DNA of 64,000 nucleotides, taken from contig JAIVFI010000034.1 in the NCBI GenBank assembly GCA_025558095.1, positions 248,001 through 312,000 of the forward strand, in the 5' to 3' direction. The notes under the pieces are model-generated. The model saw only the letters and a list, made by a program, of their open reading frames with translations, was not told where the DNA came from and made no database searches. This document shows, piece after piece, positions 1-10,890 of the stretch. Each line of letters opens with the position of its first letter. Positions within the stretch are counted from its first letter, which is position 1. The DNA comes from Hyaloraphidium curvatum SAG 235-1. Lineage: Eukaryota > Fungi > Monoblepharomycota. The position numbers and the translations under genes were made by a program.

Positions 1-890
1 CGAGCTGCGGCGGGTCGGCGGTGGGCACGTCTGCGGTGTACCAGTCCGTCCTCTTCGTCTACGGAATTCTTCCGGGCCTGGTCAGCTGGACCGTCCTTGC
101 CCAATGGACCTTTCTGGTGACACTGGCATCGGAAACCTGGACATCGTGGAAAGCGTTCTTCGCGGTCTGGACCATCCTCGCCAACCTCGCCGTATGGGTG
201 TCGTTCGAAGTGTCGTCCACGGACGTCGCCCTCATCCGCCTCGAAAGCAAGCTCAAGCACCGAGCGCTCAAGGACGCCCTCGCGGCCTTTGTTGACCGCT
301 GCTGCAATGCTACCCTTGCCGAGTCGGCGGACAACGAGGCCGCCGCCCCCATTTGCTGGCCCTCCCCCGAACCGTACATCACCCTCCACCTCGCCTTCGC
401 CCCCTCGTGGCGGGCAAACAAAGGCATCACCGAAGCCGTCACCAGCCTGTTCCTCGGCCTCTTCCTCGGCATGGCCGTCCTCTCCCTCGTCCTGCTCATC
501 GGCTCGGGCTGCATCCCGGCCTACATCCTCGCCGCCGCGGCCATCTACCTCGTCTCCCTCGTGCGCCACCTCGCTGACGCCGTCGCCGCCAACTCGGGCG
601 TGTCTGCCGTCGCCAATCTGTACCGCCGTGCGCGGACCTCCCTCGCCGCGCTGCAGACCGCACATCCGTCCCACGCGGAGCTCCCCCGCCTGCTGGCGCA
701 CGAGAAGCTGCTGGCGCGATACGAGGCCGCGGTGCAGGAGGACCTGGCGCGGGTGTTTGGGCTCGTCGTGGACTTCGGGCTGCTGAGGGGGCTCCTGGTG
801 ACGGGGCTGACGGTGGGCGTGGGGCTGTTTGGGATCCTGCGGGGGGCCGGGGCCAGGGCGACGGTGCAGACAGTGTGCCCCGTCTATTGA
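1..890 (+). CDS. Multi-pass membrane protein, 5'-truncated by the window edge; C-terminus resembles 7TM ion-channel / gustatory-receptor-like (DUF3537-like) proteins
   Basis: Open frame to TGA at 888-890 with several hydrophobic helices; C-terminal ARVFGLVVDFGLLRGLLVTGLTVGVGLFGILR resembles the split TM7a/TM7b of GR/DUF3537 proteins. Confidence 0.55.
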   Translation, partial: SCGGSAVGTSAVYQSVLFVYGILPGLVSWTVLAQWTFLVTLASETWTSWKAFFAVWTILANLAVWVSFEVSSTDVALIRLESKLKHRALKDALAAFVDRCCNATLAESADNEAAAPICWPSPEPYITLHLAFAPSWRANKGITEAVTSLFLGLFLGMAVLSLVLLIGSGCIPAYILAAAAIYLVSLVRHLADAVAANSGVSAVANLYRRARTSLAALQTAHPSHAELPRLLAHEKLLARYEAAVQEDLARVFGLVVDFGLLRGLLVTGLTVGVGLFGILRGAGARATVQTVCPVY

Positions 891-1383
891 GGTGGCGTTG
901 TAATGATTGGAATGAAGTCTGTCTGCTACTTCTGGTCTTTCGATCTGGCAGCAACAGGTCGGATACGCGCGTTATGGTTTCGAGACGGGCCCAGTCTCGT
1001 TGGTATTGCCACCTTGGGGAAGGAAACACCAATCGGCAAAACGGGGAACCGTTCCCTGGCCACGAGGGCGCAAGCAGTCCGAGCGGGGCTCCCCGGCCGT
1101 GCCGCGCCGGCCGGCCAGGTCCAAACAAGGCGCACCAGTCCCCGAAGAAACCGTCCGCCGGCGGACGCCGCACGTCCGCCGGTGCGCTGCCCGCTTGTGG
1201 CTCCGAGTCCCGTGTGCGGCGCCGCGGGTATCCAAGATCAGGTCTGTACAGGTCGCCTTCGCCGTTCGGGGCGAAGGGAAGGTCACGGCGCGCTGCCAGC
1301 CAGGCAGTCAGGCCCGCACGCCCCGTACCCTCGACACGCCGGATCCCGACGCGTCCATCGCATCGTCTCGCCCCCGGATCACC

Positions 1384-1962
1384 CTACCCATCGTACGTCT
1401 CCATCTCCGCCCCTCCCTCCGCGTATGCCCCCCCCTCCTCGGCCTCCTTGCCCAGCTCGAGCATCAAGGAAGCGCACACGTCCCCGTCGTCGTCCAGCGG
1501 CTCCCCGCTGCCCACCCTCCGCAGCGTCTGCACCTGGAACCTCAAATACGCGTCCAATTCGGCCTCCTCCTTGACGGCGGCCTGCATCGCGTCGGGGTCG
1601 GCCTGCTGCAGCGCCGACGCCGACGCCGCGCGGGCGAGGGAGAGCCGGGCGGCGGTGCGTTCGAGAGCCCTGCGCAGGGCGGCGGCGATCCACGCGCGGG
1701 AACCGTCGGGGGGTGCTTCCAAGGGCGGCGGCGGCGTCGGGTCGTGCGCGGTGCTGGGCGGCGACACGGGCGCCGAAGCCGGACGCGGGAGGAACCCCGG
1801 GAAAAAGTCCGCCGAGGGCGTGCGCGGCGGGTCCGAGCCGGATGGGGAGGGCAGCGGCGGCATGTTGGGGCGCACCGGGCGCGGGGACGCGCCGGGGAGG
1901 AGCTCGGGGGTGTTGCGGCGCTGGGAGGGCCCGCGGCGCATGGGGCCAGGGTTGGAGGCCAT
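1384..1962 (-). CDS. Hypothetical protein (paralog A): Pro-rich N-terminus and conserved helical C-terminal domain
   Basis: ATG 1962 to stop 1384, intronless; shares IAxxLRxALExTA...AELDAYLxFQxxTLRRxGxGExLDxD...CxSLM with the gene at 2791-3384. Confidence 0.7.
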   Translation of the reverse strand: MASNPGPMRRGPSQRRNTPELLPGASPRPVRPNMPPLPSPSGSDPPRTPSADFFPGFLPRPASAPVSPPSTAHDPTPPPPLEAPPDGSRAWIAAALRRALERTAARLSLARAASASALQQADPDAMQAAVKEEAELDAYLRFQVQTLRRVGSGEPLDDDGDVCASLMLELGKEAEEGGAYAEGGAEMETYDG

Positions 1963-2790
1963 CCCGCGGTCTTTGGGAGGTGTCTGCCAGCTTGGAATTG
2001 CGTGGAATGGTTGCGGGGGTGCGCCGTTCGACGGATTTTCCCGCGGAACCGTCCCTGGAACGGTCCCCCAGGTCAGGCACGGGGGGCGCAACGGGCGCAC
2101 CAGGGATGCATGGCGACGGCGGATCCGTCGTCGTGCTGCCGGACTGGGGCCTTTCGATAGCCTTGGTATGAGCGCTGCGGTCCCGGGCGAGTATTCGGGC
2201 GGCCGTCTCGGGCGGCAATGCGGGGCCCGGACCGTGTTCTTGCTTGGAAGTCCATGACGGCATCTACCCCAAATGACTGCCTCAACGCCGCACCAAAGTC
2301 AATTTCGGGCGGAGAATCAATAACGGAAAGGAGACCTACGTATTCCGGGAAAATGCGCGCGGGGGCCCGGGTCTGGCGGCGGTAGTAGCGCAAGGCCGCC
2401 CGCAGGCACCACCGCATCTCCGCCGGCCGGGAAACGGCCGACGTTGAGTCAAGCAGCCGATTGCCCGAACCTCGGAGTCAAGAGGCGAGTGATCGATAAG
2501 ACCAGAGCACTGCGGCATCGGCGAGGTCAATGGGAAGTGGAAGCGACAGGTCAACGTGTTTGCAAGCACAGGTTCCCGTTCCGGCGCCCACGTCGCCACG
2601 CCGGTCCGCCGGCCTACTAGATACATGCGGATGGGCACGAATTGCGTCCGTTCTATACAGAGCACGGGGTCCGAGCCCGGATTCCCCCGTGGCCATCCCC
2701 TGATGAGGTCGTTCCCTGCGGCAAGTCCGATCACGTGGGTCATCCGGTCACTGCCGGACCCCCAATGCCGCGATCCCGCGCCGCGCGCGA

Positions 2791-3384
2791 TCAGTCGTCC
2801 GCCTCCATGGCGTCCGGCTCGTTGAGCAGGTCCCAGCAGCCGTCCTCGTCTGGATCATGCTCGGCCTCGTCCCATCCCGATTGCACCATGAGGCTCACGC
2901 ACAGCTCGGCGTCGGGGTCCAGCCGCTCTCCCCTGCCGAGCCTGCGCAGCGTGGCCAGCTGGAAGGCGAGATAGGCGTCGAGCTCTGCGACCGAGTCCAG
3001 GGCGGCTGGCACGGCTGGGATGTCGCCCTGGCCCTGCAGCAGTGCGGCCAGGCGGCGGGCGGCGTCGAGGTCGCGTGCGGTCTTCTCGAGCGCGGCGCGG
3101 AGGGACCGGGCGATGCGGGCGCGGCGCAGGTCGTCGGCCGGGTCGCTGCCTGGGAGCGGCAGGCGGAGAAACTCGCGCGGGGCGTCTGCCGGCGAGTGCG
3201 CGCTGAGCGGCGGCGACAGCGGGCCGGCGAGCGGCGAGCGTGGCGCGGTGGGGGCGGCCGGCGACCGCGCGCTGTCGGGCGGCGGGGAGGGCAGCGGCGA
3301 GGGCGGCATGGCGCTGCGCTTGAGGGGTGGCAGCGCGTCGGCGGCCGACGGCGAGCGTCGCTGGGCGCGGCGCGACGCCTTCAT
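2791..3384 (-). CDS. Hypothetical protein (paralog B of 1384-1962)
   Basis: ATG 3384 (MKASRR) to stop 2791; same conserved C-terminal block and acidic tail as paralog A. Confidence 0.7.
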   Translation of the reverse strand: MKASRRAQRRSPSAADALPPLKRSAMPPSPLPSPPPDSARSPAAPTAPRSPLAGPLSPPLSAHSPADAPREFLRLPLPGSDPADDLRRARIARSLRAALEKTARDLDAARRLAALLQGQGDIPAVPAALDSVAELDAYLAFQLATLRRLGRGERLDPDAELCVSLMVQSGWDEAEHDPDEDGCWDLLNEPDAMEADD

Positions 3385-3899
3385 CGGTCCGATAGGCGGA
3401 GGCGAAACCGGGCGTGAGTGCGCGCGGCCGTGCGGTGCGGAACGAGTGTTGTCGGTGCCTGCGCCTGGGCCAGCGGTGACGAAAGGTGGCTGACCCGCGT
3501 TGTCGCGCTTCCATGCTTCCAGCCATCCTTCCCGCAGGAACGGCGACCCTTCTGGAAACCCGACCACCCTGAAACGCCAATCCCGATCTTGTGAAACGCT
3601 CGCATGGACTTCAGTAGCTCGCTGCGCGGTCGGACGGGAACACTGTCGTCGATTTACCCCGCAAAAGATTGTTCGGGAACGCCAATCTTGGCATAGGATT
3701 GCGGAGGCCGCCCGCAAACGCAAATCCCATAGCGCCGCACCGCAACGCCAGCTGTGGAAAACTATGCCTGCCGGCAAAGAAAGGTCTGGGAAGACCACCG
3801 CGATGTTGGAACCGGCGCCCGGAGGCCTATCCGAGCCGGAGCGGGCGTCGGACCCGGCCGCTTGGGAGTCCGGAACCCCCGAGTAGATTAGCGGAGCGA

Positions 3900-4733
3900 T
3901 CAGTCCCCCTTCGCCCCCCCTCCATCCCCCCTCCTCCGCTCCCGCAGCTCGAACCCCCAGAACCCCAGCAGCAAGCACATGAAGCCCAGCATGCCCCCCT
4001 CGGCCAGCATCGCCCCCCTGGAAACGTCGCACCGCGGCTCGTCCCTCCGCGCCTCCCAAAGGCGCGACGAGAAGGTCGCCACCCCGCCGAGCACCCCGAC
4101 GAGGAGCTGCGCGGTCCCCGTGAACTCAAGAGCGCGGCTCAGCAGCGCGCGGGGCCGCTCCCAACCCGGCAGGCCGCCAAGCGCGAAGAATGGGTACATG
4201 ATGCCGTGGTGCAGGGCATTGAGGAAGACGACCGGGGTGACGGTCGCCGAGGGGGCCGCACAGAAGGCAGCGAGTGTCAGGATGTAGGTGAACGAGTGAT
4301 GAATCCGGAAGTGCGGGGCCAGGTCGCGCCACGAGGCCCCGCGGAGGACGAGGAGGGCGACGTCGAGGTACTCCCACAGCTTGGAGAGGAGATAAATGGA
4401 GAGCACGTCGCGCCAGGACGGGATGGTGCGGGGCGAGAGCGGGGGCGGCGCGCACAGCGCGGGCAGCGGGCTCGGGGCATCGAGCGCGTCCAGGATGATG
4501 AGCCGGAGCACGACCAGGCTCCCGAGGAAGGAGAGCACGCCGTAAGCCGCGTTGTTGAGGAACACGAGCCGGCTGGCCAGCGCGACGAGGCCGGGAGGCC
4601 GTCGGTTGTGGAGCAGCACGGAGAGGGCGGGCGTGAGGCCGTAGAGGAAGCATCCGATCAGGAAAGCGGTCCGCAGGGAGAGCAGCACGCTCGGAATCAG
4701 GGGAGAGAGAGGGAGGGGACAGCTCGGCTCCAT
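3900..4733 (-). CDS. GNS1/SUR4 (ELO) fatty-acid elongase family protein, divergent
   Basis: SKLWEYLDV (KxxExxDT-like), HFRIHH (His box), NALHHGIMYPFF (NxxxHxxMYxY-like), multiple TM helices; intronless. Confidence 0.75.
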   Translation of the reverse strand: MEPSCPLPLSPLIPSVLLSLRTAFLIGCFLYGLTPALSVLLHNRRPPGLVALASRLVFLNNAAYGVLSFLGSLVVLRLIILDALDAPSPLPALCAPPPLSPRTIPSWRDVLSIYLLSKLWEYLDVALLVLRGASWRDLAPHFRIHHSFTYILTLAAFCAAPSATVTPVVFLNALHHGIMYPFFALGGLPGWERPRALLSRALEFTGTAQLLVGVLGGVATFSSRLWEARRDEPRCDVSRGAMLAEGGMLGFMCLLLGFWGFELRERRRGDGGGAKGD

Positions 4734-4819
4734 CGGGACGCGGTTTGCTCTTAGTGAAGCGGGCGGAGTGTCCGGACCCGAAAGACCCCCTCTGATGACC
4801 GCGCCACTGTCCGTCTCCC

Positions 4820-5020
4820 AGCCAGAACCATCGAAGAGGGGGTATCTCATCTAGTCGCCGCGGCGTCACTACTCCAAGTACGAGACGAGGCCGAAGATGA
4901 TCAAGGCATTGAAGAACGCATCGCCGAGCCGTCAACAGGGGGTATCGACGCCTAATCGCCGCGGTTCCGCCACTCCAAGTACGTAAAGAACGCGAAAATG
5001 ATCAGGACGCTGAAGAAACA
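4820..5020. repeat. Degenerate ~100-nt tandem duplication of the CorA terminal coding sequence and stop region
   Basis: Minus-strand translation FFSVLIIFAFFTYLEWRNRGD* (4952-5017) versus FFNALIIFGLVSYLE**RRGD* (4851-4916); the following 3' flanks also align. Confidence 0.7.
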
Positions 5021-7145
5021 AATGACGTAGAACATTTCATATCCATACTCCCACGTCAGCTGCAGAGGGGCCGAAGGGCCGAAAGCATGAGGGGAGCACC
5101 ACAACGGCTCGAAAAGGTCTCACCTCGGGCATGTTGTCAAAGTTCATTCCACTTGCAACGTTGCAGGGAGCAAATCGATCGCAATCAACGTTGCGCAGAG
5201 GCAAAAACAGGCGTCGGACCCACTAAATTCCAGCGACGAACGTCAGGGGCAGGAAGATGAGCGAGACGAGCGAAAGGAGCCGCATCGACCTGTTTTGCTC
5301 GTGGGAAATGGTGTTGAATATGAGCGAGGTCAGGTCCGTGATTCGCGTCTCCAGGGTCGACAGCTCCTCGAGCGCGAACTTGAGGTGGTCGAGCACGTCG
5401 CCGAGGTAGAACTGCGTCAGCCGCGAGACCGCCCTGAACTGGCCTGTCTGGCCCTCATCCGCGCCCTCCTTGGCCGCCGCCTCCTTTTTGGAGCCTCCTC
5501 CGAGCGATTTCGGGACGGAATGCCGCATCTGCTCCACCGAGGCCGTGAGCGGGGTCAGCACGCGCCGGAGCGCGTGCAGCTCGAGGAGGATGAGGTGCAG
5601 TTGCCTAGTATGGATCTGCTTCGGCTTCCGAAAGACCTTGCGCTCCATGTTCTCGAGCTCGTCCGCGTACTCCTCCACGACCTCGACGATCCTGTCCACG
5701 ATCCCGTCGAGCAGCGCCTCCATCAGGAAACTGACGTCCTCCGACTTGCGGAGCAGGGTCTGCGGGCTCAAGAGCCGCTCGACCACGGGCACTACCACCT
5801 CGTCTGCCTCCTCGGCAAAGATGGAAATCAGCGTCGAGGATCTGTGCAGGAAGAAGGCCACGGGCTTCACGGCCACGTTGCACCACCGCATCCGGTCCCT
5901 CGGATCGTCCTCCACTGCCCACGATTTGCCCGCCCGCATCGAGTACATCAACGGGTAGTTGCCCATGTTCTTGTCGCCCCCGCCCGGGTTCCTGTCGCCC
6001 GAGCCCGTTCCGACGCCGTTGCGCTTCCGCGGCAAGAAATTGCCCTGCCTCTCGGCGCTCTCCTGCCACATGCGCAGGCGATGGTATCGGTGCAGCTCCT
6101 CGGGTTTCTCCACGTCCGGTTGGTCCGAGAACCAGCCCGAGCCGTGGTGCGGGTCGTCCAGGGCCGTCAGAACGAGGTTCATGAAAAGCAGGTTCGAGTA
6201 GTAGTCGACCTTGATCAGGGGAGGGAAGGTGGTGAAATCCTCGATGGCGAGCGGATGGAGCTGGTAGTGCAAGCCGAGCACCCGGATGGTGGCGACGTCA
6301 ATTCCCTCGACGTTGATCCACCGGACCGCCCTGTGCTGCGGCTGCTCCTGCCCGTCATTGTCCAGGTCCACGTCCTCCTCGCCGTCCAACCATGCCGACA
6401 GCTCGGCCGCGGATCGGAAGGTCTGAACCGGCTCCATGGTCGTTGCTGAGTAGTCCATGACGGTCACTTTGACGTTCCCGAGAGGGGGCACGACCGATAT
6501 CTTCTCCTCCGCCATTCCATTTCCTTCCAGAAGTGTTGGAGCCTCTTCATCCTCCTCTTCCGGCTCCAGGAGATCGAAACCCTGCGCGGCGCCGGGGTTG
6601 TGACCCTGGAATCCCATCGGCACATATCTGGAATTCCGTCGACGGAAGTCCCGCGTCACGGAGCTGATCGAGGCCCTCGTGGGCAGCCGCGGAACCGGAA
6701 AATACGCGTCGGCATCCTCGAGCGGCCGCACAAAGTCCGGCGGCGTCTTTGGGGAGCCCAGGGGCCCAGCCTCGGCATTGTCCGGTCCGACATCGTCTTC
6801 GTCTCCGTCGGGCGAGTCCCGAGCCGTGATTGTGGCGCCTTCATACACCCAAGCATCTTCCGGGTTCTCGTCCAGTCGCGCCTGGAGCTCGTCGGCCGTG
6901 GCGAGGGGCTCCACGCGGAGCTTGCCCCGCTTCTTTGCCTTCTTGTTCTTGTGCTTCTTGTGTCCCGTGCCTTTCTTCGCCGTCGCGGAGTCCGCAAGCG
7001 CGGCCGGAGGGAGAGCCGCGAGTTCAAGTGGCGGCGGGACCCGGTTGTCCACCGCAAAGGAAACCGAGGGCGCAGGGCTAGCCATCGCAGCGGCAGGAGA
7101 CCTATTTGAGTCATTGGCAGGGGGATCCGAGCCGGCAGAGGCCAT
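4952..7145 (-). CDS. CorA-family Mg2+/Co2+ transporter (3 exons)
   Basis: Exons 7145-5224, 5151-5124, 5059-4952; splicing rebuilds the signature [26 protein letters not shown]; also WINVEG and LHPLAIED. Confidence 0.93.
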
Positions 7146-7250
7146 TTTGGCCGGCGTTTTGGAGGGTCCGTGATGGTCCCCCGAAGCCACGTGGAGGCGA
7201 GCCCGCGAAAAACCACCGGGTGGCATTCTGCAGACTTGCGACGCCGGAGT

Positions 7251-8352
7251 TTACTTCCAGAGGCTAGCATACACCTTCCTGGTTCCCTCGTAAGTCGTGC
7301 GGGCGTGCTGCGCCAGCACGTTGTCTACCAGCAAGATGGCTCCGTTCTCCCACGGAATCTTTACCCCTACGCTGTCTACCACGCCGATTACCCTTTCCAT
7401 CGTCTCCGCCGGGATCGGCGTGCCGTCTCCAAAGGAGAGCGAAGACTGCTGCGGCGCATGAATGTGGTCCACATAGGCTCCACAGGCGGCGTTGAAGAAC
7501 ACAGTGAGGCCCGTTCGCGGATCGTCGCGACTCCAGCGGAAAGATGGCGAATGAACCAGCAGCGAAGGCTCCCCAGAGTTCTCCGCGTTTTCCAGCCATC
7601 GGAAGTTGGTGATGTTGAGCGAGGCCAGCACCCGTTCGCACTCGGCCTGTGTCTTTACGTTGTACGTGTCTCGCCAACCTCGGCCATTTGCAATCTTCGG
7701 ATTCGTCTGTGCTCCAAGTTTCCGGACGTACTGGAAGCCCTGCCGCGGCGAAGGGATAAGCTTCACACGTCGCTCGTCATCGCTTCAATCGGCCCACCTT
7801 TTCTTGGAGCTGCGACACCAGTTCCGGCTCCAAGCTGCTTTTTAGAGCCTCCAAGACCTCCGCTCCATAGTTGATACAGGTGTTGCCGTCCCTTTCTGCG
7901 GCCTGCTCGCAGTAGAACACGAGCTCCAGCGGAGGGTTTATGGATTGGCTAATCTCGTTGTGCCACGAGATGACGCGGTTCCCGGGTCCTTCGTTGGCGG
8001 TGAAGACGTAACCCACGACGTTTGTCCGCGGTGCGGCGCCTCCTATGTACTCAAAGGGCGCGAAGTTGAAGGCCTGCACGAGCGAGTTGAAGGCCGCGGG
8101 CGTCGGAAGCGGCAGGCCGGTGACATAGATGGCTCCATGCTCTTTCAGAAGCTCCTTGAAGTACGCGGCGCGGGCATCGACGCTAGCGACGGCAGAGTCC
8201 AGAGTCTCGAGGTCGGCGGCCTCCAGAACGAGAGGAAAGCTGGCGCCGAACGGGTTCTGCGGCGGCCGGCGCTGCCACGACGTTTCGCGCGGGACAAAGT
8301 CCGGCGCCACAAGATCCAGAGCGGAAGACGACGAGGCGTCGGCGGCGGGCAT
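7251..8352 (-). CDS. TauD / clavaminate-synthase-like Fe(II)/2-oxoglutarate dioxygenase
   Basis: YIGGAAPRT, WHNE (HxE), LVDNVLAQHAR, RKV; one intron at about 7740-7797. Confidence 0.88.
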
Positions 8353-8478
8353 CGCGTTTGTGTGCCGAAACGGAGAAAGGGGGGAAGACTTCGGTGGCGG
8401 TGCGGCCGGACATGCCGCCTCATGGACACGCCATCTCGGGGCAGGACACTATTCGTATTGCCAATCTCATCTCGCTGT

Positions 8479-10753
8479 CTATGCCTTCTGCGACGAGCCC
8501 TGGTTGGCGAGGAAGTAGGCGATCGCGACCACGATAATGGAACCGAGGATGATCGGTATCCGCAGCGAGTCGAAGGACGACTCGGACGAGGAGGACGGGG
8601 AAGCGGCTGACTTGGCGGAAACGGGAGGTTCTGTGATACAAGGCTAGTCAGAGGAAGCAATCTTCAAGCCGTGGCGGTGCCCCTCACCGCCCAGCGGAAG
8701 CTTGAGGATGTCCGCGCCGTTCTTGATCTCCGTTGCCGACGGCATCTTGCCCAGCCGCATGAGCTCCGACGCCTTGGTGACCACCGGGTCGCGGGCGAGC
8801 GACGCCACGGCAAGGATTTTCTCGCCGTTGGCGTAGTAGGCTTCGAAGCCCTCCTCGAGGTCGTCGGAGCGGACGATCACGTCCTGCTCAGGAGCAGTTA
8901 GCTGTCCCGTCCGCTGCGGACGAAAGCAGAAGAACCAACATCGAAGTGCAGTGCGTGCCCGCAGTACCGGAGGCTGCGGCCGTACTGAACCGACCAGAAG
9001 TACGGGATGTGCTCAAACTTCTCGTCGCCGGCCTCCCCGCTGACGCGCTTGGCGATGTTCCGCGCCGCAACCCTCGCCTGGTTCTGCGCGACCGACCAGT
9101 GCTCCACGCGGACCGTCTCCCCGGGGGTCATGTGGTACGGGTAGCGGGCAATATCGCCAAGGACGTAGATCGAATCGTCCGGCGACTTCATTGTGGCGTC
9201 GACGAGGATGCTCCCGTCGCGCTCGAGGGCAAGCCCGGAGGACTTGAGGAAGTCGGTCGCGCACTTGACACCGACCCCGAGAACGACCATGTCCGCCGGC
9301 AGGACCTCGCCCGACTTGAGGACCACGGAGCCGACCTTGGACGGGTCCTTCTCTGTGGGCAAGTTAGTTTGAGATCGACTGCAGCCGGACAAAGAAACCA
9401 ACCGCTGGGCTCGTAGCGGTCCGTTACGCTCTCCATCCGGAACTTGAGGCCGGCCTTCTCTCCGATCGCCTGGAAGGCGGAGCCAATCTTCTCGCCCAGC
9501 ACGCGCTCGAAGGGGACCTTTTCCATTCCCACAACGGTGATGTCGGCCTGCTTGGCGGCAATGGCGGCCATCTCCATGCCGATGAAGGAGGAACCGACAA
9601 TGACGATCTTGGGCTTGTAGTCCTCGGAGCCCGCAGCAGCCTTGGCCGCCTTCAGAGAGTCGTCGATGCCGGCCGAGTCCTGGATCCCGCGTAGCACGTG
9701 GATCTCCTTGAGGTCCGCACCAGGAACCGGGAGTGTCCGCGGCTGGCAAAGACGTTAGTTGGGGGCGCCGGATCAGCGGCTAAAAGCACGTACGTCGCCG
9801 CCAGTGGCGATGATCAAGTAGTCGTACGAGAGCTGCTCTCCGGTGCTGAGCTTCACCGACTTGGCCTTGGGGTCCACGGAGGTCGCCTCGGTGCCCAGAA
9901 GAAGATCAACGCCGAGGTCCTTGAAAAATTCCTCCTTGCGAAGCAGGACGGAATCCAGCGGCGGGTTCAGCGCCTTGGAGAGCTTCGGCCTGTCAACCGG
10001 CGAACGATGAGCGTCCCCATAACGGCCAACAGTCCGGATCAACTCACCGATCAATGGGCAGGTAGCCCTCCCTGCTGACCATCGTGATCGCCCCGGTGTA
10101 GCCCGCCTCTCTCAATCCTTCCACCGCCACTTCACCCGCAGCGCCACCGCCCAGGATCACGACCTTTTTCGCCGACGACGCGTCCCTCTTGCAGACCGTC
10201 GGCACCCTCCGGCCCTCCTTAACCTGGTCCTCGTCCGCCTCCACAAACACCTTGCCACCCTTCACCGTGACGGTGTACTTGTTCAGGGCATCCAGGCCGG
10301 GCGCGTCCTCGATGTCGCCCGTCTTCGCGCTGAAGCAGGCACCGTGCCACGGGCTGGAAGCGGGATCGCGCGGCGCCGGCCCCATCAGCGGGATCCCTCT
10401 TGGCGAATCGCGCCGGCAAAACGCACCACATAATGCGACCATCTTGGCTGAGCGTGCCCTTGACCAGCGGAGCCTTGTAGTGCGCTGAGGACGCGCCGGA
10501 GCGCGAGTGAGACTTGCCCCTTGACTCACGACACGCGGCGGAGACCCACTGCAGAGGTGCGAGGTCGCAAAGTACTCGTCCCCGACGCGCGACAGCAGCG
10601 CCTTGCCGGCCCCGACCTTGACTTCCTTCCTGGAAACGCCAATCGCGCGCTGGTGAGCGGCGGGCACCGGCGGGAGGCAGTGCGGTGCGGGGCCCACATC
10701 TCGCCCGGCTTGAGCTCGCCGACGGCGGCGGCTTCCACGCTGATCTTGCCCAT
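8479..10753 (-). CDS. AIFM3/Aif1-like Rieske [2Fe-2S] plus FAD-dependent oxidoreductase with a C-terminal TM tail exon
   Basis: Rieske C-x-H...CPWHGACF split by introns; GGGAAG, DRPKLSK, IATGG, GSSFIGME, RVEHW, PYFWS; last exon 8630-8479 encodes IPIILGSIIVVAIAYFL. Confidence 0.9.
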
Positions 10754-10890
10754 TGCTGCTGCCTCGCGATGGCGATGAGGAACGGAGAGGTTGAAAGTCG
10801 GGAAGCCGCGCCACGGAGTTGGGCGATCAATCGGGGATCGGCCACGCCGTCGGCGGGCCGGCGGCCGGCAGGAGGCGTTTTCAGCGTCGG

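Noticed and set aside
4952-7145. CorA as a dedicated cobalt importer for the NHase
   Set aside because: It is more than 31 kb away with many unrelated genes between; CorA homologs are ubiquitous Mg2+ channels
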